Source of the DNA: Longimicrobiales bacterium
Lineage (GTDB): Bacteria > Gemmatimonadota > Gemmatimonadetes > Longimicrobiales > Gaopeijiaceae
Length of the DNA: 64,000 bases
Direction: 5' to 3'
Assembly (NCBI GenBank): GCA_963664435.2
Contig: CAXXKM010000003.1
Coordinates: 928,001-992,000, forward strand
The notes under the pieces were generated by a model. It ran no database searches. It was given only the letters and a program-made list of their open reading frames with translations, and was not told the DNA's origin. A program made the position numbers and the translations under genes. Positions 40,974-51,318 of this stretch are shown piece by piece; position 1 is the first letter of the stretch, and every line of letters begins with the position of its first letter.

Positions 40974-42176
40974 CTACGCGGCGACCGCGCGCGACCCGAG
41001 CTCGCCCATGGCGGCGTCGACCGCGGCGGCGGTGTCGACCGCGCATCCGCTCGCCCCCAGAGCATCCCCCACCGCGCGGATGGTACGCCTCAGCAGGTCC
41101 GGCCGGGTTGTTACATATCCCATGTGTCCCACCCGGAAGTACCGGTCGGCCATCGCGGGGTGGAGACCGGCCGCGACGATCACGCCCCGCTCGACGATCC
41201 GCCCCACCAGGGAGGCGTCGACCCCATCGGGATAGCGGACCGCGCTCAGGGTATTCGCGCAGTGGGCATCGCTGGCGGGGACCATGCCGAGCCCCATGCG
41301 CGCCCAGGCCGCGCGCATTGCGCGACCCGTGCGGGCATGGCGCTCGATGCGGGCATCCACCCCCTCGAGCCCGTCGACGCGATCATCCAGGATCTCTCCC
41401 AGCGCCACCTCGGCCGCGACCACCAGGTTGGTGGCCGGGGTGGCGAAATAGCTCATCGCGCCCGCCTCATGGGTGTCCATGATGGGCAGCCAGACGTTCC
41501 AGTCGAGGTACAGGGGACAAGGGGTGCGGCGCTTCCGGCTCGCCTCCATCGCGCGCGGGCCGGCGACGAAGAGCGCGAGCCCGGGCGGGAGCCCCATCGC
41601 CTTCTGGGAGGCGGTGAAGTAGACGTCGGCGCCCCATTCGGACATCTCGAAGACCTCCGCCCCGGTGGCACAGACGCCATCGAAAACGGACAACACCCCG
41701 CGCGAGCGCGCGAGTGCCGCCAGGCCGGCCGGATCGACGAGCACGCCCGTCGAGGTGTCGACATGGGTGGCGAACAGCGCCCTGGCCGCGCAGGCGTCCA
41801 GCGCCGCCTCCACCTCCTCCAGCCCCGGCCGCTCGCCCGGCGGACGGGCAACCGAATGGACCTTCACCCCCCGGTGTTCGAGCACCAGCCGCATGCGGTC
41901 GGCGAAGTAGCCCGTGTCCACGAGCAGGGCCTCGTCGCCCGGATCGAGCAGGTTCACCGCCGCCATGTCCATCGCCAGCGTGCCGCTGCCCGCGATCAGG
42001 AAGGGCTGGGCGCCCTCCCCGGCGCGCCACACCTCGCGCATCCGGCTCAGCGAGGCTCCGAGCGCCTTCACCGCGAAGGGCTGTCCGTGCCCGGGCGGCG
42101 GAATCGAAAAGGCGCGCAGGACTTCCGGGGAAACCTCGATGGGTCCGGGGATCATCAGCAGGGGACGTTCGCTCAT
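40974..42176 (-). CDS. class V aminotransferase (alanine/serine-glyoxylate aminotransferase-like)
   Basis: LLMIPGP, GSGTLAMD, THVDTSTG, TASQKA (PLP lysine), YFATP and FRVGHMG. Confidence 0.88.
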   Translation of the reverse strand: MSERPLLMIPGPIEVSPEVLRAFSIPPPGHGQPFAVKALGASLSRMREVWRAGEGAQPFLIAGSGTLAMDMAAVNLLDPGDEALLVDTGYFADRMRLVLEHRGVKVHSVARPPGERPGLEEVEAALDACAARALFATHVDTSTGVLVDPAGLAALARSRGVLSVFDGVCATGAEVFEMSEWGADVYFTASQKAMGLPPGLALFVAGPRAMEASRKRRTPCPLYLDWNVWLPIMDTHEAGAMSYFATPATNLVVAAEVALGEILDDRVDGLEGVDARIERHARTGRAMRAAWARMGLGMVPASDAHCANTLSAVRYPDGVDASLVGRIVERGVIVAAGLHPAMADRYFRVGHMGYVTTRPDLLRRTIRAVGDALGASGCAVDTAAAVDAAMGELGSRAVAA

Positions 42177-42420
42177 GGCACCTGGCAAACGGTTCGAGTC
42201 CGGAGGAGGCCGGGACAGACAATCTTGCCTCTCCCGGTGCCGAAGCTAACCAATCCGGCGGACCCCGGGAAAGCCGTTCGCGGTCCCGTATCGAGTGCGT
42301 ACCGGTGCACCAGCCCGCGCCGTGATGCCGCCAACCTGCCATTCCCCCCGGGCTTTCTGTTCTTCCCCGCGCTGCCCATTATGCCCGGCGGACGCCCTCC
42401 ATCATCCAGCGGAGAAACCC

Positions 42421-43902
42421 ATGGCCCAGAATCCCGGCCGCACCTCGGCGGAATCCTCCGAATTCGACCAGCTCGAGCTTCCGGACCGCTCGGTGCGCGG
42501 CCTGCTCCGCCACTTCGGGCCGGGGATCATCCTGATGATGACCGGGATCGGCACGAGCCACCTGGTCACGGCGCCCACCGCGGGGGGCCGGTTCGCGTAC
42601 GCGCTGCTCTGGTGCCTTCCGGTGGCCTACATCTTCAAGTACTACGGCTTCGAGATGGCCTTCCGCTTCACCAACGCCACCGGCAAGAGCCTGATCGAGG
42701 CCTACGCCACGGCGCGCGGAAAGTGGCCGCTCTGGTACGTGCTGGTGACGACGCTGATCCAGTGCGCGATCGGGCAGGCGGGGCGCCTGATCGCCGCGGC
42801 CGCGGTCGTGTACTACGTGGGTTCCGAGGTGCTCGGCTGGCCGGTCACCCTCACCGGGGCGGCGGTGGGGCTGGGAGTGGTGTCGGTGGGCATCCTGCTC
42901 ATGGGACGCTACAAGGCCGTGGAAAACTCGGCCAAGATCCTCGCGGCCATCATGGTGGTGTCCACGCTGACGGTCTATTTCTTCGAGCCCGCGCCCCTCT
43001 CCGAGATGGGCACCTTCTTCCTGGTTGAGATCCCCGACGGCTCCTGGCTGGTCATCGCCGCCTTCCTCGGCCTCCTCCCCACCGGCATGGACGTCTCGCT
43101 CCAGGCCTCCGAGTGGGGGAAGGCCAAGAAGGCTGGAATGAGCAAGATCCGCGACCGCATGGAGGAGATCGGCATCGCGCGCTCCTTCAACCCCTTCTCG
43201 CCGCGCCTCCGCGACCTCACCGTCCACACCGACCGCCTGCCCGCGCACGCGCAGGAGTACTGCCGGCGCTGGTTCCAGATCGGCCTCTGGGACTTCCGCC
43301 TCGGGCACGTGGTGTCGTTCGTGATGGCCGCCGTTTTCATGCTGCTGGCGGCGGTGTGGCTCTACCCCAACGCAGTGGAGGGCCAGGCGGTCATGGGCGA
43401 GATCGCGGGCATCTTCACCAACTCGGTGGGCCCGGGCATGATGGGGCTGTTCATGTTCGGCGCCTTCGCGGCCACCTTCTCGACCGCCTTCAACTACTTC
43501 GACGGCTGGCCGCGCATCGTGGGAGCGTGCTGCCGCAACCTCTTCCGGGGCACGGCGCGCACGGCGGGCATCGACAGAAAGCACAAGAGCTGGTATTCGG
43601 AGTACAACCTGTACCGCGCCACCATGATCTACTCGCTGATCGGCTCGGTGGCCGTAATCGCCGGGCTGCCGCGGCCGGTTTTCCTGGTGCTGGTGGCCTC
43701 GGCGCTGGCGTTCTTCATCGCCCCGGTCATCTTCTTCCTCAACTTCTACTACTGCCTGGTCGTGATCCCGAAGGAAGACCGCGCCTTCTACCCGTCCACC
43801 TTCGCGCGCTGGTTCGGCTGGTTCAGCCTGATCGTCTTCACCGCCATGAGCGTGCTGCTGATCTTCGCGCGGGTGTTCGAGATTCCGCTCTTCGGGGCGT
43901 GA
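42421..43902 (+). CDS. NRAMP-related (APC fold) transporter
   Basis: GPGIIL..GIGTSHLV and FAATFST..FDGWPR; multi-TM; lacks the canonical DPGN motif. Confidence 0.75.
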   Translation: MAQNPGRTSAESSEFDQLELPDRSVRGLLRHFGPGIILMMTGIGTSHLVTAPTAGGRFAYALLWCLPVAYIFKYYGFEMAFRFTNATGKSLIEAYATARGKWPLWYVLVTTLIQCAIGQAGRLIAAAAVVYYVGSEVLGWPVTLTGAAVGLGVVSVGILLMGRYKAVENSAKILAAIMVVSTLTVYFFEPAPLSEMGTFFLVEIPDGSWLVIAAFLGLLPTGMDVSLQASEWGKAKKAGMSKIRDRMEEIGIARSFNPFSPRLRDLTVHTDRLPAHAQEYCRRWFQIGLWDFRLGHVVSFVMAAVFMLLAAVWLYPNAVEGQAVMGEIAGIFTNSVGPGMMGLFMFGAFAATFSTAFNYFDGWPRIVGACCRNLFRGTARTAGIDRKHKSWYSEYNLYRATMIYSLIGSVAVIAGLPRPVFLVLVASALAFFIAPVIFFLNFYYCLVVIPKEDRAFYPSTFARWFGWFSLIVFTAMSVLLIFARVFEIPLFGA

Positions 43903-43932
43903 CCTGACAGACGGCAGACGCAGGAGACGACG

Positions 43933-44028
43933 ATGACCCGCTTTCGCTCGACGCTGCTCAAGGTCCTTCTGGTCCAGGTGGTCACCCTGATTGCGCTCTG
44001 GCTCCTGCAAGCCACCTACCACGGCTAG
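43933..44028 (+). CDS. 31-aa single-TM protein upstream of the SSS transporter (not in ORF track)
   Basis: AGGAGA SD; MTRFRSTLLKVLLVQVVTLIALWLLQATYHG; ends 6 nt before the symporter ATG. Confidence 0.7.
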   Translation: MTRFRSTLLKVLLVQVVTLIALWLLQATYHG

Positions 44029-44034
44029 CCGCCC

Positions 44035-45714
44035 ATGCATCCCATCAACTGGCTCATTGTTGTTGCGTACGTCGGCTACGTTCTGGTCGACGGCGTCCGG
44101 CGGGCGCGCGGCACCAGGGAGGTCGAAGGCTACTTCCTGGCGAACCGCTCGCTGCCCTGGTGGGCGGTCGGGCTTTCGGTGATGGCGACGCAGCTGTCGG
44201 CGGTGACCATGATCGGCACGACGGGACAGGGCGCCACCGACGGACTGCGGTTCGTGCAGTTCTACTTCGGGCTGCCGCTCGCGATGGTTCTTCTGGGCGT
44301 CACGCTGGTGCCGTTCCTGCGCGGAGCTGGGGTCTTCACCGCGTACGAGTATCTGGAGCGCCGTTTCGGGCCGCGGACGCGCGCGCTGACCGCGTTCCTC
44401 TTCCTGATGTCGCGCGGGATGTCGTGCGGCGTGATCATCGCGGCGCCGGCAGTCGTCTTCTCGGCAGTGTTCGGGTGGCCGCTCCTCTGGTGCGTCGCGC
44501 TGATCGGCGTTCCGACCGTCGCGTACACGATGCTGGGCGGCATTCAGGCGGTCACCTGGGCCGACGTCAAGCAGATGGTCCTGATCGTGGTCGCGCTGCT
44601 GGCCGTGGTGGTGGTCCTGGTCGTACGGATGCCGGTCTCGCCGGGCGAGGCGCTGCACATCGCCGGCGCGACGGGTCGCCTGCAGGTCTTCGACTTCTCG
44701 TTCACCGTCAGCGAGACGTACACCTTCTGGTCGGGGCTGATCGGCGGCACCTTCCTGATGCTGTCCTACTTCGGCACGGACCAGTCCCAGGTCCAGCGCT
44801 ACCTGGCCGCGAAATCGATCGGCGCCGCGCGCACCTCGCTCCTGATGAGCGCGTACTGGAAGATCCCGCTGCAGGCGCTCGTGCTCCTGGTCGGCGTGAT
44901 GGTGTTCGTCTACTACCAGTTCCAGCCGCCGCCGCTGCTGTACAACCCGGCCCACGAGAACGCGGTTGCGGAGGTGCGCGGGACGGAGTACGCCGCCCTT
45001 CAGGGCCGCTACGGGGAAGCGTTGACGCTGAGGGAGGACGCCGCACGCCGCGCGGCCGGACTGGCCGGCACTGCTGACCGGGACGCCACCGGCCAGGTCG
45101 CCCTCGACGAGTTCCTAGGCCGCGAAGCGACCGTCCAGGAGATCCGCGCCGAGGCGCTCGCCATGGCCGAGGAGGTCACCGGCGAGGCCTCCCGCGACGT
45201 CAACTACATCATCCCCCGCTTCGTCCTCAGCGAGCTGCCGATCGGGCTCGCGGGCCTCTTCATCGCGGCGATCATCGCGGCCGCCATGTCGAGCATCTCA
45301 TCGGAGCTGAACTCCCTCTCGACCACCAGCATCATCGACTTCTACCGGCGCTGGTTCCGCCCGGGGGCGAGCGACGCCCACTACCTGGCGGTCTCGAAGG
45401 CCGCGACCGCGTTCTGGGGGGTGTTCGCCTGCTTCGTCGCGCTCTACGCGGTCAGCCTGGGCTCGCTGATCGAAGTGGTGAACCGGTTCGGGTCATTCTT
45501 CTACGGCTCGATCCTGGGCGTCTTCCTGCTGGCGATGGTGCCCCGGGCCAGAGCGGCCGGCGCGTTCGTCGGACTGCTCGTGGGGATGGGGGTAGTGGCC
45601 GCCGTGACCTTCGGCGCACCCGACGTTTCGTTCCTGTGGCACAACGTGATCGGCGCGCTGACCGTGGTGGGTGTGGGGGTGGCGCTGTCGCTGCGCGGGA
45701 CGACCCGGGCCTAG
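44035..45714 (+). CDS. sodium:solute symporter
   Basis: YFLANRSLPWW, TAYEYLERRF, DQSQVQRYL and AAAMSS. Confidence 0.92.
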   Translation: MHPINWLIVVAYVGYVLVDGVRRARGTREVEGYFLANRSLPWWAVGLSVMATQLSAVTMIGTTGQGATDGLRFVQFYFGLPLAMVLLGVTLVPFLRGAGVFTAYEYLERRFGPRTRALTAFLFLMSRGMSCGVIIAAPAVVFSAVFGWPLLWCVALIGVPTVAYTMLGGIQAVTWADVKQMVLIVVALLAVVVVLVVRMPVSPGEALHIAGATGRLQVFDFSFTVSETYTFWSGLIGGTFLMLSYFGTDQSQVQRYLAAKSIGAARTSLLMSAYWKIPLQALVLLVGVMVFVYYQFQPPPLLYNPAHENAVAEVRGTEYAALQGRYGEALTLREDAARRAAGLAGTADRDATGQVALDEFLGREATVQEIRAEALAMAEEVTGEASRDVNYIIPRFVLSELPIGLAGLFIAAIIAAAMSSISSELNSLSTTSIIDFYRRWFRPGASDAHYLAVSKAATAFWGVFACFVALYAVSLGSLIEVVNRFGSFFYGSILGVFLLAMVPRARAAGAFVGLLVGMGVVAAVTFGAPDVSFLWHNVIGALTVVGVGVALSLRGTTRA

Positions 45715-45798
45715 ACGCCGGAGGGCTGGAGCGGCGCCACCCGCGTCACGGCATCCGTGGACTGCGCGTCCCACTCCGGCCTGGCCTGCGGACCGTCT

Positions 45799-47334
45799 CT
45801 AGCTCTTCCCCCCCGTCAAACGCTTGACCCGGGGCGCCGCCAGCAGCCCCACGATACCGACAATGCCGATGGTCATCGCGACGTTCTGGAAGAGCGGTCC
45901 CGGTGCGAGATCCACCAGCCGCCCGGCCACCAGCCCGGCGAACAGGTTGCCCAGCGCCGCGCCCACGAACCACACCCCCATCATCTGGCCGACCCGTTTT
46001 ACCGGCGACGCCTTGGTGATGGCGGAGAGGCCGATCGGCGAGATGCACAGCTCGCCCACGGTATGGAAGAAATAGGTCACGACCAGCCACGCCGGGCTAA
46101 CCAGGTTGTCGGTTGTGGCGTTGGCCGCGCCCCAGGCCAGCACGAAGAACCCCATCGCCAGCCCCACCAGTCCCAGCCCCGCCTTCATGGGAATCGACGG
46201 GTTGCGGTTGCGCCGCTCCAGCCAGACCCAGAGGGCACCGAAGACGGGAGCCAGCATGATGATGAAAGCGGAGTTCACCGACTGCAGAAAGCCCGCGGGC
46301 ATGAGCCAGCCGAGAATGTTGCGGTCGGTGTAGTCGCGGCCGAAGAGGTTGAGGGAGGATCCGGCCTGCTCGAAGCCGGACCAGAACACCGCGATCAGCA
46401 GGAAGAGCCAGAAGATCACCCCCAGGCGCCGGTTCTCCTCCCGGGTGTGGCCTCCCATGGTCCACAGATATACGAAATAGCCGGCGATGATGATCAGCAC
46501 GCTGTAGCCCAGCACCGTCGCGATCTGGGCCAGCGTGGCCGGAATCACCCCGGTCGAGACGAGGTAGCCGAAGGCGACGACCCCGACGACCACGGCGAAG
46601 AAGGTCCCGAAGAACTTGCGCGACTTCGCCGCCAGTTGCGCGGGGCGATCCTCGGTCTTCAGCAGGCCGGCGTCGCCCAGCAGCCGGGCCCGGTTCCGGT
46701 ACTGGATGAGGCCGGCCACCATGCCCACGCCGGCCGCACCGAAGCCCCAGTGCCAGTTGTAGCCCTCGGCGAGGAAGCTCGTGATGAGGGGTCCCAGCAA
46801 CGCCCCCACGTTGATCCCCATGTAGAAGATGGAGAACCCCGCGTCCCGCCGGGCGCCGCCCTCGGGATAGAGCTCGCCCACGATGGTGCTGACGTTGGGC
46901 TTGAGCAGCCCCGTCCCGAGCACGACGAAGACCAGGCCCAGGAAGAAGGCGAACGTGGAGGGCACCGCCATCGTGAAGTGGCCCAGGGCGATGATCCAGC
47001 CCCCGACCCATACCGCCTTGCGCTGCCCCCAGAGGTTGTCGGCCACCCAGCCGCCGGGAAGCGCCATGATGTAGACGAGGCTCGTGTACAGGCCGTAGAT
47101 GGCGGCGGCGGTTCCCGCATCGAGTCCCATGCCGGGGTTGACGACCTCGGACCCGTCGCCCCTGAGGATCACGTGCGTCGTCGCCGTGGTCATGTAAAGG
47201 ATGAGCAGGGCCCGCATTCCATAGTAGGAAAAGCGCTCCCACATCTCGGTGAAGAATAGGGTGGAGAGCCCTGCGGGGTGCCCGAACCAGGTTCGGTGCG
47301 CGGCAGCTGCGGATCGCGTGGTGGCGTCGTTCAA
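45799..47334 (-). CDS. POT/PTR proton-dependent oligopeptide transporter
   Basis: EMWERFSYYG, GTGLLKPN, FYMGINVG and GELCISPIG. Confidence 0.93.
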   Translation of the reverse strand: MNDATTRSAAAAHRTWFGHPAGLSTLFFTEMWERFSYYGMRALLILYMTTATTHVILRGDGSEVVNPGMGLDAGTAAAIYGLYTSLVYIMALPGGWVADNLWGQRKAVWVGGWIIALGHFTMAVPSTFAFFLGLVFVVLGTGLLKPNVSTIVGELYPEGGARRDAGFSIFYMGINVGALLGPLITSFLAEGYNWHWGFGAAGVGMVAGLIQYRNRARLLGDAGLLKTEDRPAQLAAKSRKFFGTFFAVVVGVVAFGYLVSTGVIPATLAQIATVLGYSVLIIIAGYFVYLWTMGGHTREENRRLGVIFWLFLLIAVFWSGFEQAGSSLNLFGRDYTDRNILGWLMPAGFLQSVNSAFIIMLAPVFGALWVWLERRNRNPSIPMKAGLGLVGLAMGFFVLAWGAANATTDNLVSPAWLVVTYFFHTVGELCISPIGLSAITKASPVKRVGQMMGVWFVGAALGNLFAGLVAGRLVDLAPGPLFQNVAMTIGIVGIVGLLAAPRVKRLTGGKS

Positions 47335-47448
47335 GGTCCGGGACTCCTGGCTTGGAGAAAAGTCGCCCGCAGAGTGTCGAGCGCTCCCAAACCGTCGAGC
47401 ACCCGTAATGTGTTCAGCGCCTGGGGCGTGTCAGCGCCCGTAGCCTGT

Positions 47449-48693
47449 TCAGCGCTTGAAGGTGAAGGCCCCCGCCTCCTTCATGTCGGCGATCTCGTCC
47501 CCGCCGTACCCGAGCACATCCCCGAGGATCTCGTCGGTGTGTTCACCCAGCAGCGGCGAGCGCGTGATCACCGCGGGCGAGTCGGAGAGCTTGATGGGGC
47601 AGCCGAGGTTCCAGTAGGAGCCACGCTCCGGATGATCGAGCTCGACATACATCTCGCGCCCGCGCACGTGGTCGTCGTCCGCCAGGTCCGCCGTGCTCAT
47701 CACGGGGCCGCACGGAACGTTCAGCTCGTTCAGGATCGCCATCAGCTCACGCTTGGTGAACCCGCTCGCGAAGTCGTTCAGGATCTCCCACATCTCGCCC
47801 TGGTTCTGCCGCCGCACGCCGATGTCGCGGAAGCGCGGATCGTTCACCAGCTCCTCGCCCCCGACGCGGGTGGCCAGCGCTTCCCAGACGTGCTCCTGCA
47901 CGACGATGTAGAGGTAGTCGTTGATGCCGCCCGGCTTGCACCGGATGCAGTTGCCCAGCTGTCCGCCTCCGGAGTCGTTGCCGGCGCGCGGAGCAAAATC
48001 CTCGAACTCCTGGATCGAGAATTCGGGGAGTGGACCCCGCGTGATGCGCTGGTGATCGCGCCACTTCACCCGCACCAGGTTCATCACGCAGTCCATCATG
48101 GCGCACTCCACGTACTGCCCCTTGCCGGTCTGCTCGCGATGCAGCAGCGCCGCAAGAATGCCGAGCGCCAGATGAACCCCGGTGCCCGAGTCGCCGATCT
48201 GGGCTCCGGTCACGACCGGGGAGCCGTCGAACATGCCTGTCGTGCTCATCGAGCCGCCCATCGCCTGGGCGATGTTTTCGTAGGCCTTGAAGGCCGCATA
48301 GGGGCCCTCGGTACCGAAGCCCTTGATGGAGGCCATCACCATGCGCGGGTTGATCTCGTGCACGCGCTCCCATCCGAAGCCGAGCCTGTCGAGAACGCCG
48401 GGCCCGAAGTTCTCCATGAGGACGTCGCATTCCTGCACCAGCCGGGTGAAGACCTCCTTCCCGCGCTTGTTCTTGAGGTTCACCGTGATCGAGCGCTTGT
48501 TGCAGTTGAGCATGGTGAAGTAGAGGCTGTCGGCGTCCGGGATGTCGCGCAGCTGCTTGCGGGTGGCGTCCCCGAAAGGCGACTCCAGCTTGATGACGTC
48601 CGCGCCCATGAACCCCAGCAACTGGCTGGAGGTGGGGCCCGCCTGGACGTGGGTCATGTCCAGGATGCGGATGCCGTTGAGTGCTTTGCTCAT
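47449..48693 (-). CDS. frc: formyl-CoA transferase
   Basis: HVQAGP, DSLYFTMLNCNKRS, GDSGTG catalytic Asp and NDSGGGQ glycine loop. Confidence 0.9.
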   Translation of the reverse strand: MSKALNGIRILDMTHVQAGPTSSQLLGFMGADVIKLESPFGDATRKQLRDIPDADSLYFTMLNCNKRSITVNLKNKRGKEVFTRLVQECDVLMENFGPGVLDRLGFGWERVHEINPRMVMASIKGFGTEGPYAAFKAYENIAQAMGGSMSTTGMFDGSPVVTGAQIGDSGTGVHLALGILAALLHREQTGKGQYVECAMMDCVMNLVRVKWRDHQRITRGPLPEFSIQEFEDFAPRAGNDSGGGQLGNCIRCKPGGINDYLYIVVQEHVWEALATRVGGEELVNDPRFRDIGVRRQNQGEMWEILNDFASGFTKRELMAILNELNVPCGPVMSTADLADDDHVRGREMYVELDHPERGSYWNLGCPIKLSDSPAVITRSPLLGEHTDEILGDVLGYGGDEIADMKEAGAFTFKR

Positions 48694-48829
48694 GGAATGG
48701 TGGCTCCGATTACGCGTTCAGGGTTGATGGATGGCGCGCGGGCCCCGGACACCTGTTTCCGGCCCCGCTCGTTGCCGGCCCTGGTCACGGGTTGCCGATG
48801 CTCGCGCGGCCGAGGGTTTCCGGTCACGG

Positions 48830-50575
48830 TCACTTGTACATGGTCTGGCGCTTGGTGCCCGGCGCCCATTCGCTCGGATCCACCCAGATGTTGATCACGG
48901 CCGACTTGCCGCTGCTCTTCACCGACTCGCGCGCCCGCTGGAGGGCCGGCTGGATCTGGCCGGGATCGCGCACCTCCTCGCCGTACCCGCCCAGCATCTC
49001 CGCGAACTTCGAGAAGGGCACGTCGCCCAGCAGGTTGCCGACGTTGCCGCGCTCCTGCCCGTACTTGGCCAGCTGCCCGTAGCGGATCTGGTTCATCGCC
49101 GAGTTGTTGCCGATGACGGCGATGTAGGGGGCGCCGAAGCGGTTGCAGGTCTCCATGTCGAAGGCGGTCATGCCGAATGAGCCGTCGCCGTAGTAGACCA
49201 GCACCTCCTTGTTCGGATGCGCGAGCTTGGCCGCCATGGCGAAGCCGGTGCCCACGCCCAGCCCGCCCAGGGCGCCCGGATCCATCCAGTTGCCGGGCGC
49301 GCGCGGCTTCACCGCCTGCGCGCTGATGGTGACGACATCGCCGCCGTCGCCGATGTAGACGGTGTCCTCGGTGAGGAACTCGTTGAGCTCCCACGCCACC
49401 CGGTAGGGGTGGATGGGATTGGCGTCGGAGAGGAAGAGCGGCATCAGCTTCTCGGTCTTCTCTTCCTCGATGGCCCGCAGGTGCTTCATCCAGCCCAGGC
49501 GGCGGGCCGGGCCGTCGCCGAGGTTGGAGCTGGCCTCGGCAAGGACCGCCTCCATGATGGCCCCGGGATGCCCCACCAGCCCGAGGTCGACGTCACGGTT
49601 CTTCCCCACGGTACGGTAGTCGAGGTCGATCTGCACGACCGTCGCCCCGGCAGGCAGGCGCTTGCCGTAGCCCATGCGGAAGTCGAAGGGGGTGCCCACG
49701 ATCACGATCACGTCGGCGTTGCCGAAGCCGGCGCCGCGGGTGCGGTGGAAGTAGTGGGGGTCGTCGGGGCCGAGCAGCCCGCGCGAGGCGCCGTTGGTGA
49801 AGGTCGGGATGTTCAGCGTGCGGACCAGATCCCAGGCCTCCTGGTGGGCCCGGCAGCCCCACACCTGCTGCCCGAAGAGGATGGCGGGCCGCTCGGACTT
49901 GACCAGCAGGTCCGCCAGCCGCTCGATGTCGCGCGGATCGCCAACGGACCGCGTCGAAGCCCGGTAGCGGCCCGGCTCGGGGATGGTCGCGCTGGCGAGC
50001 GGAACCTCGCGGTCCAGAATGTCGCGCGGGATCTCGACGTAACTCGGCCCGGGGGTACCGGCGAAGCACTCGCGCGCGGCCATCGACACCATGTCCGCGA
50101 TGCGCTCGGTGGAGCGAACGCCCGCCGCGAACTTGGTGATCGGGCGCGCGATGTTGACGTGGGGCAGGTCCTGAAGCGACCCCATCTTGTGCTGCGTGAG
50201 CGCGCCCTGCCCGCCGATGTGCAGGACCGGGCTCTCGGAGCGAAACGCGGTCGCGATGCCGGTGAGCGCGTTGGTGAAGCCCGGGCCCGCCGTCGTGATC
50301 ACGCACCCGAGGCCGCCGGTCTGGCGCGCGTACCCGTCCGCGGCGTGGGCGGCGACCTGCTCGTGACGCACGTCGATGATGCGGATGCCCTCGTCGATGC
50401 ACCCGTCATAGGTGTCGATGATGTGCCCGCCGCACAGCGTGAAGACGGTGTCGACGCCCTCGTTGGCCAGGGCCCGGGCCGCCAGGTGCCCGCCCGAGAT
50501 GACGTCTTCGTCGCGGCTCTTGCGCGCGAGCGTGTCTTCGGCAGTCCTGGATTTCAATGCGGTCGCGGTCGTCAT
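48830..50575 (-). CDS. ThDP-dependent enzyme, oxalyl-CoA decarboxylase / 2-hydroxyacyl-CoA lyase-like
   Basis: TLCGGHI, RHEQ, TAGPG and GDGSFG..GNNS ThDP motif; GGAGG SD; directly upstream of frc. Confidence 0.8.
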   Translation of the reverse strand: MTTATALKSRTAEDTLARKSRDEDVISGGHLAARALANEGVDTVFTLCGGHIIDTYDGCIDEGIRIIDVRHEQVAAHAADGYARQTGGLGCVITTAGPGFTNALTGIATAFRSESPVLHIGGQGALTQHKMGSLQDLPHVNIARPITKFAAGVRSTERIADMVSMAARECFAGTPGPSYVEIPRDILDREVPLASATIPEPGRYRASTRSVGDPRDIERLADLLVKSERPAILFGQQVWGCRAHQEAWDLVRTLNIPTFTNGASRGLLGPDDPHYFHRTRGAGFGNADVIVIVGTPFDFRMGYGKRLPAGATVVQIDLDYRTVGKNRDVDLGLVGHPGAIMEAVLAEASSNLGDGPARRLGWMKHLRAIEEEKTEKLMPLFLSDANPIHPYRVAWELNEFLTEDTVYIGDGGDVVTISAQAVKPRAPGNWMDPGALGGLGVGTGFAMAAKLAHPNKEVLVYYGDGSFGMTAFDMETCNRFGAPYIAVIGNNSAMNQIRYGQLAKYGQERGNVGNLLGDVPFSKFAEMLGGYGEEVRDPGQIQPALQRARESVKSSGKSAVINIWVDPSEWAPGTKRQTMYK

Positions 50576-50846
50576 GAACAGATCCTCCGTGATGGCTTTC
50601 GAGTCGAGCCGCGCGGGCCTCCCCGCGAGTCCGAGCAAAGCTAGGGAGCAGGTTGCGGCCTGCCAAGGAAGGCGAAGACGGGTTGACGACTCTCGGGAAA
50701 CGGCATCCTCAGCCGCTGGTGCCAGGAACGTGTGTGACCAGCAGGTCGGGCAGGAAAGCCGGCATCTCGGATACGAGGACGACCTGCTGAGCGCGCTGGA
50801 GGTCATGGAGAGTATCCTGACGGCGACGGCGGTTTGTGCCATGTGT

Positions 50847-50893
50847 CCCCAATTGGTATGTTTGTACAGACCAAATGGGGAGTTACTGTACAT
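50847..50893. promoter_or_regulatory. inverted-repeat operator upstream of the Xre-RES pair
   Basis: CCCCAATTGGT-N12-ACCAAATGGGG (50847-50880), interleaved with TGTACAG..CTGTACA. Confidence 0.6.
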
Positions 50894-51311
50894 GAGATAT
50901 CCGACGGCGGAGTCCCGGTCAGCCCTCGACCGTCTTCTCGTTCGCGATGGAGCGGTGGCCATGGTTCGGAGCGGCCTGCCGTTTGCGATGCTGGACGAGG
51001 TCGCGGTCGCAGCCGGGATCGGCCGCCTCACGCTCGCACGGGTCATCGACCTGCCTGCCACAACCCTGGCCCGGAGGCGCAAGGCGGGCCAGCTCACTCC
51101 AGAGGAGTCGGATCGACTGGTGCGGGTGGCCCGCCTGGTCGCGATGGCCCACGACCTGATGCGGGGCGATGGCGACGCCGCCTGCCGGTGGCTCGGGGAT
51201 CCCCACGAGCTGCTCGAGGGCGAGTCACCGCTCGAACGGGCTTCCACGGAAGTGGGGAGCCGCGAAGTGGAGGATCTGATCGGGCGGCTTCGCCACGGGA
51301 TCTTCAGCTGA
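50892..51311 (+). CDS. Xre/MbcA/ParS antitoxin
   Basis: TLARRRKAGQLTPEESDRLVR..WL..L.GESPL..G.REVEDLIGRLRHG. Confidence 0.9.
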   Translation: MRYPTAESRSALDRLLVRDGAVAMVRSGLPFAMLDEVAVAAGIGRLTLARVIDLPATTLARRRKAGQLTPEESDRLVRVARLVAMAHDLMRGDGDAACRWLGDPHELLEGESPLERASTEVGSREVEDLIGRLRHGIFS

Positions 51312-51318
51312 GCAGCCC

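Noticed and set aside
42186..42205. GGTTCGAGTCC T-loop-like motif
   Set aside because: No cloverleaf can be folded around it.
50576..51247. N-terminal extension making the ThDP enzyme 805 aa
   Set aside because: It overlaps the antitoxin on the opposite strand; the SD and homology start at 50575.
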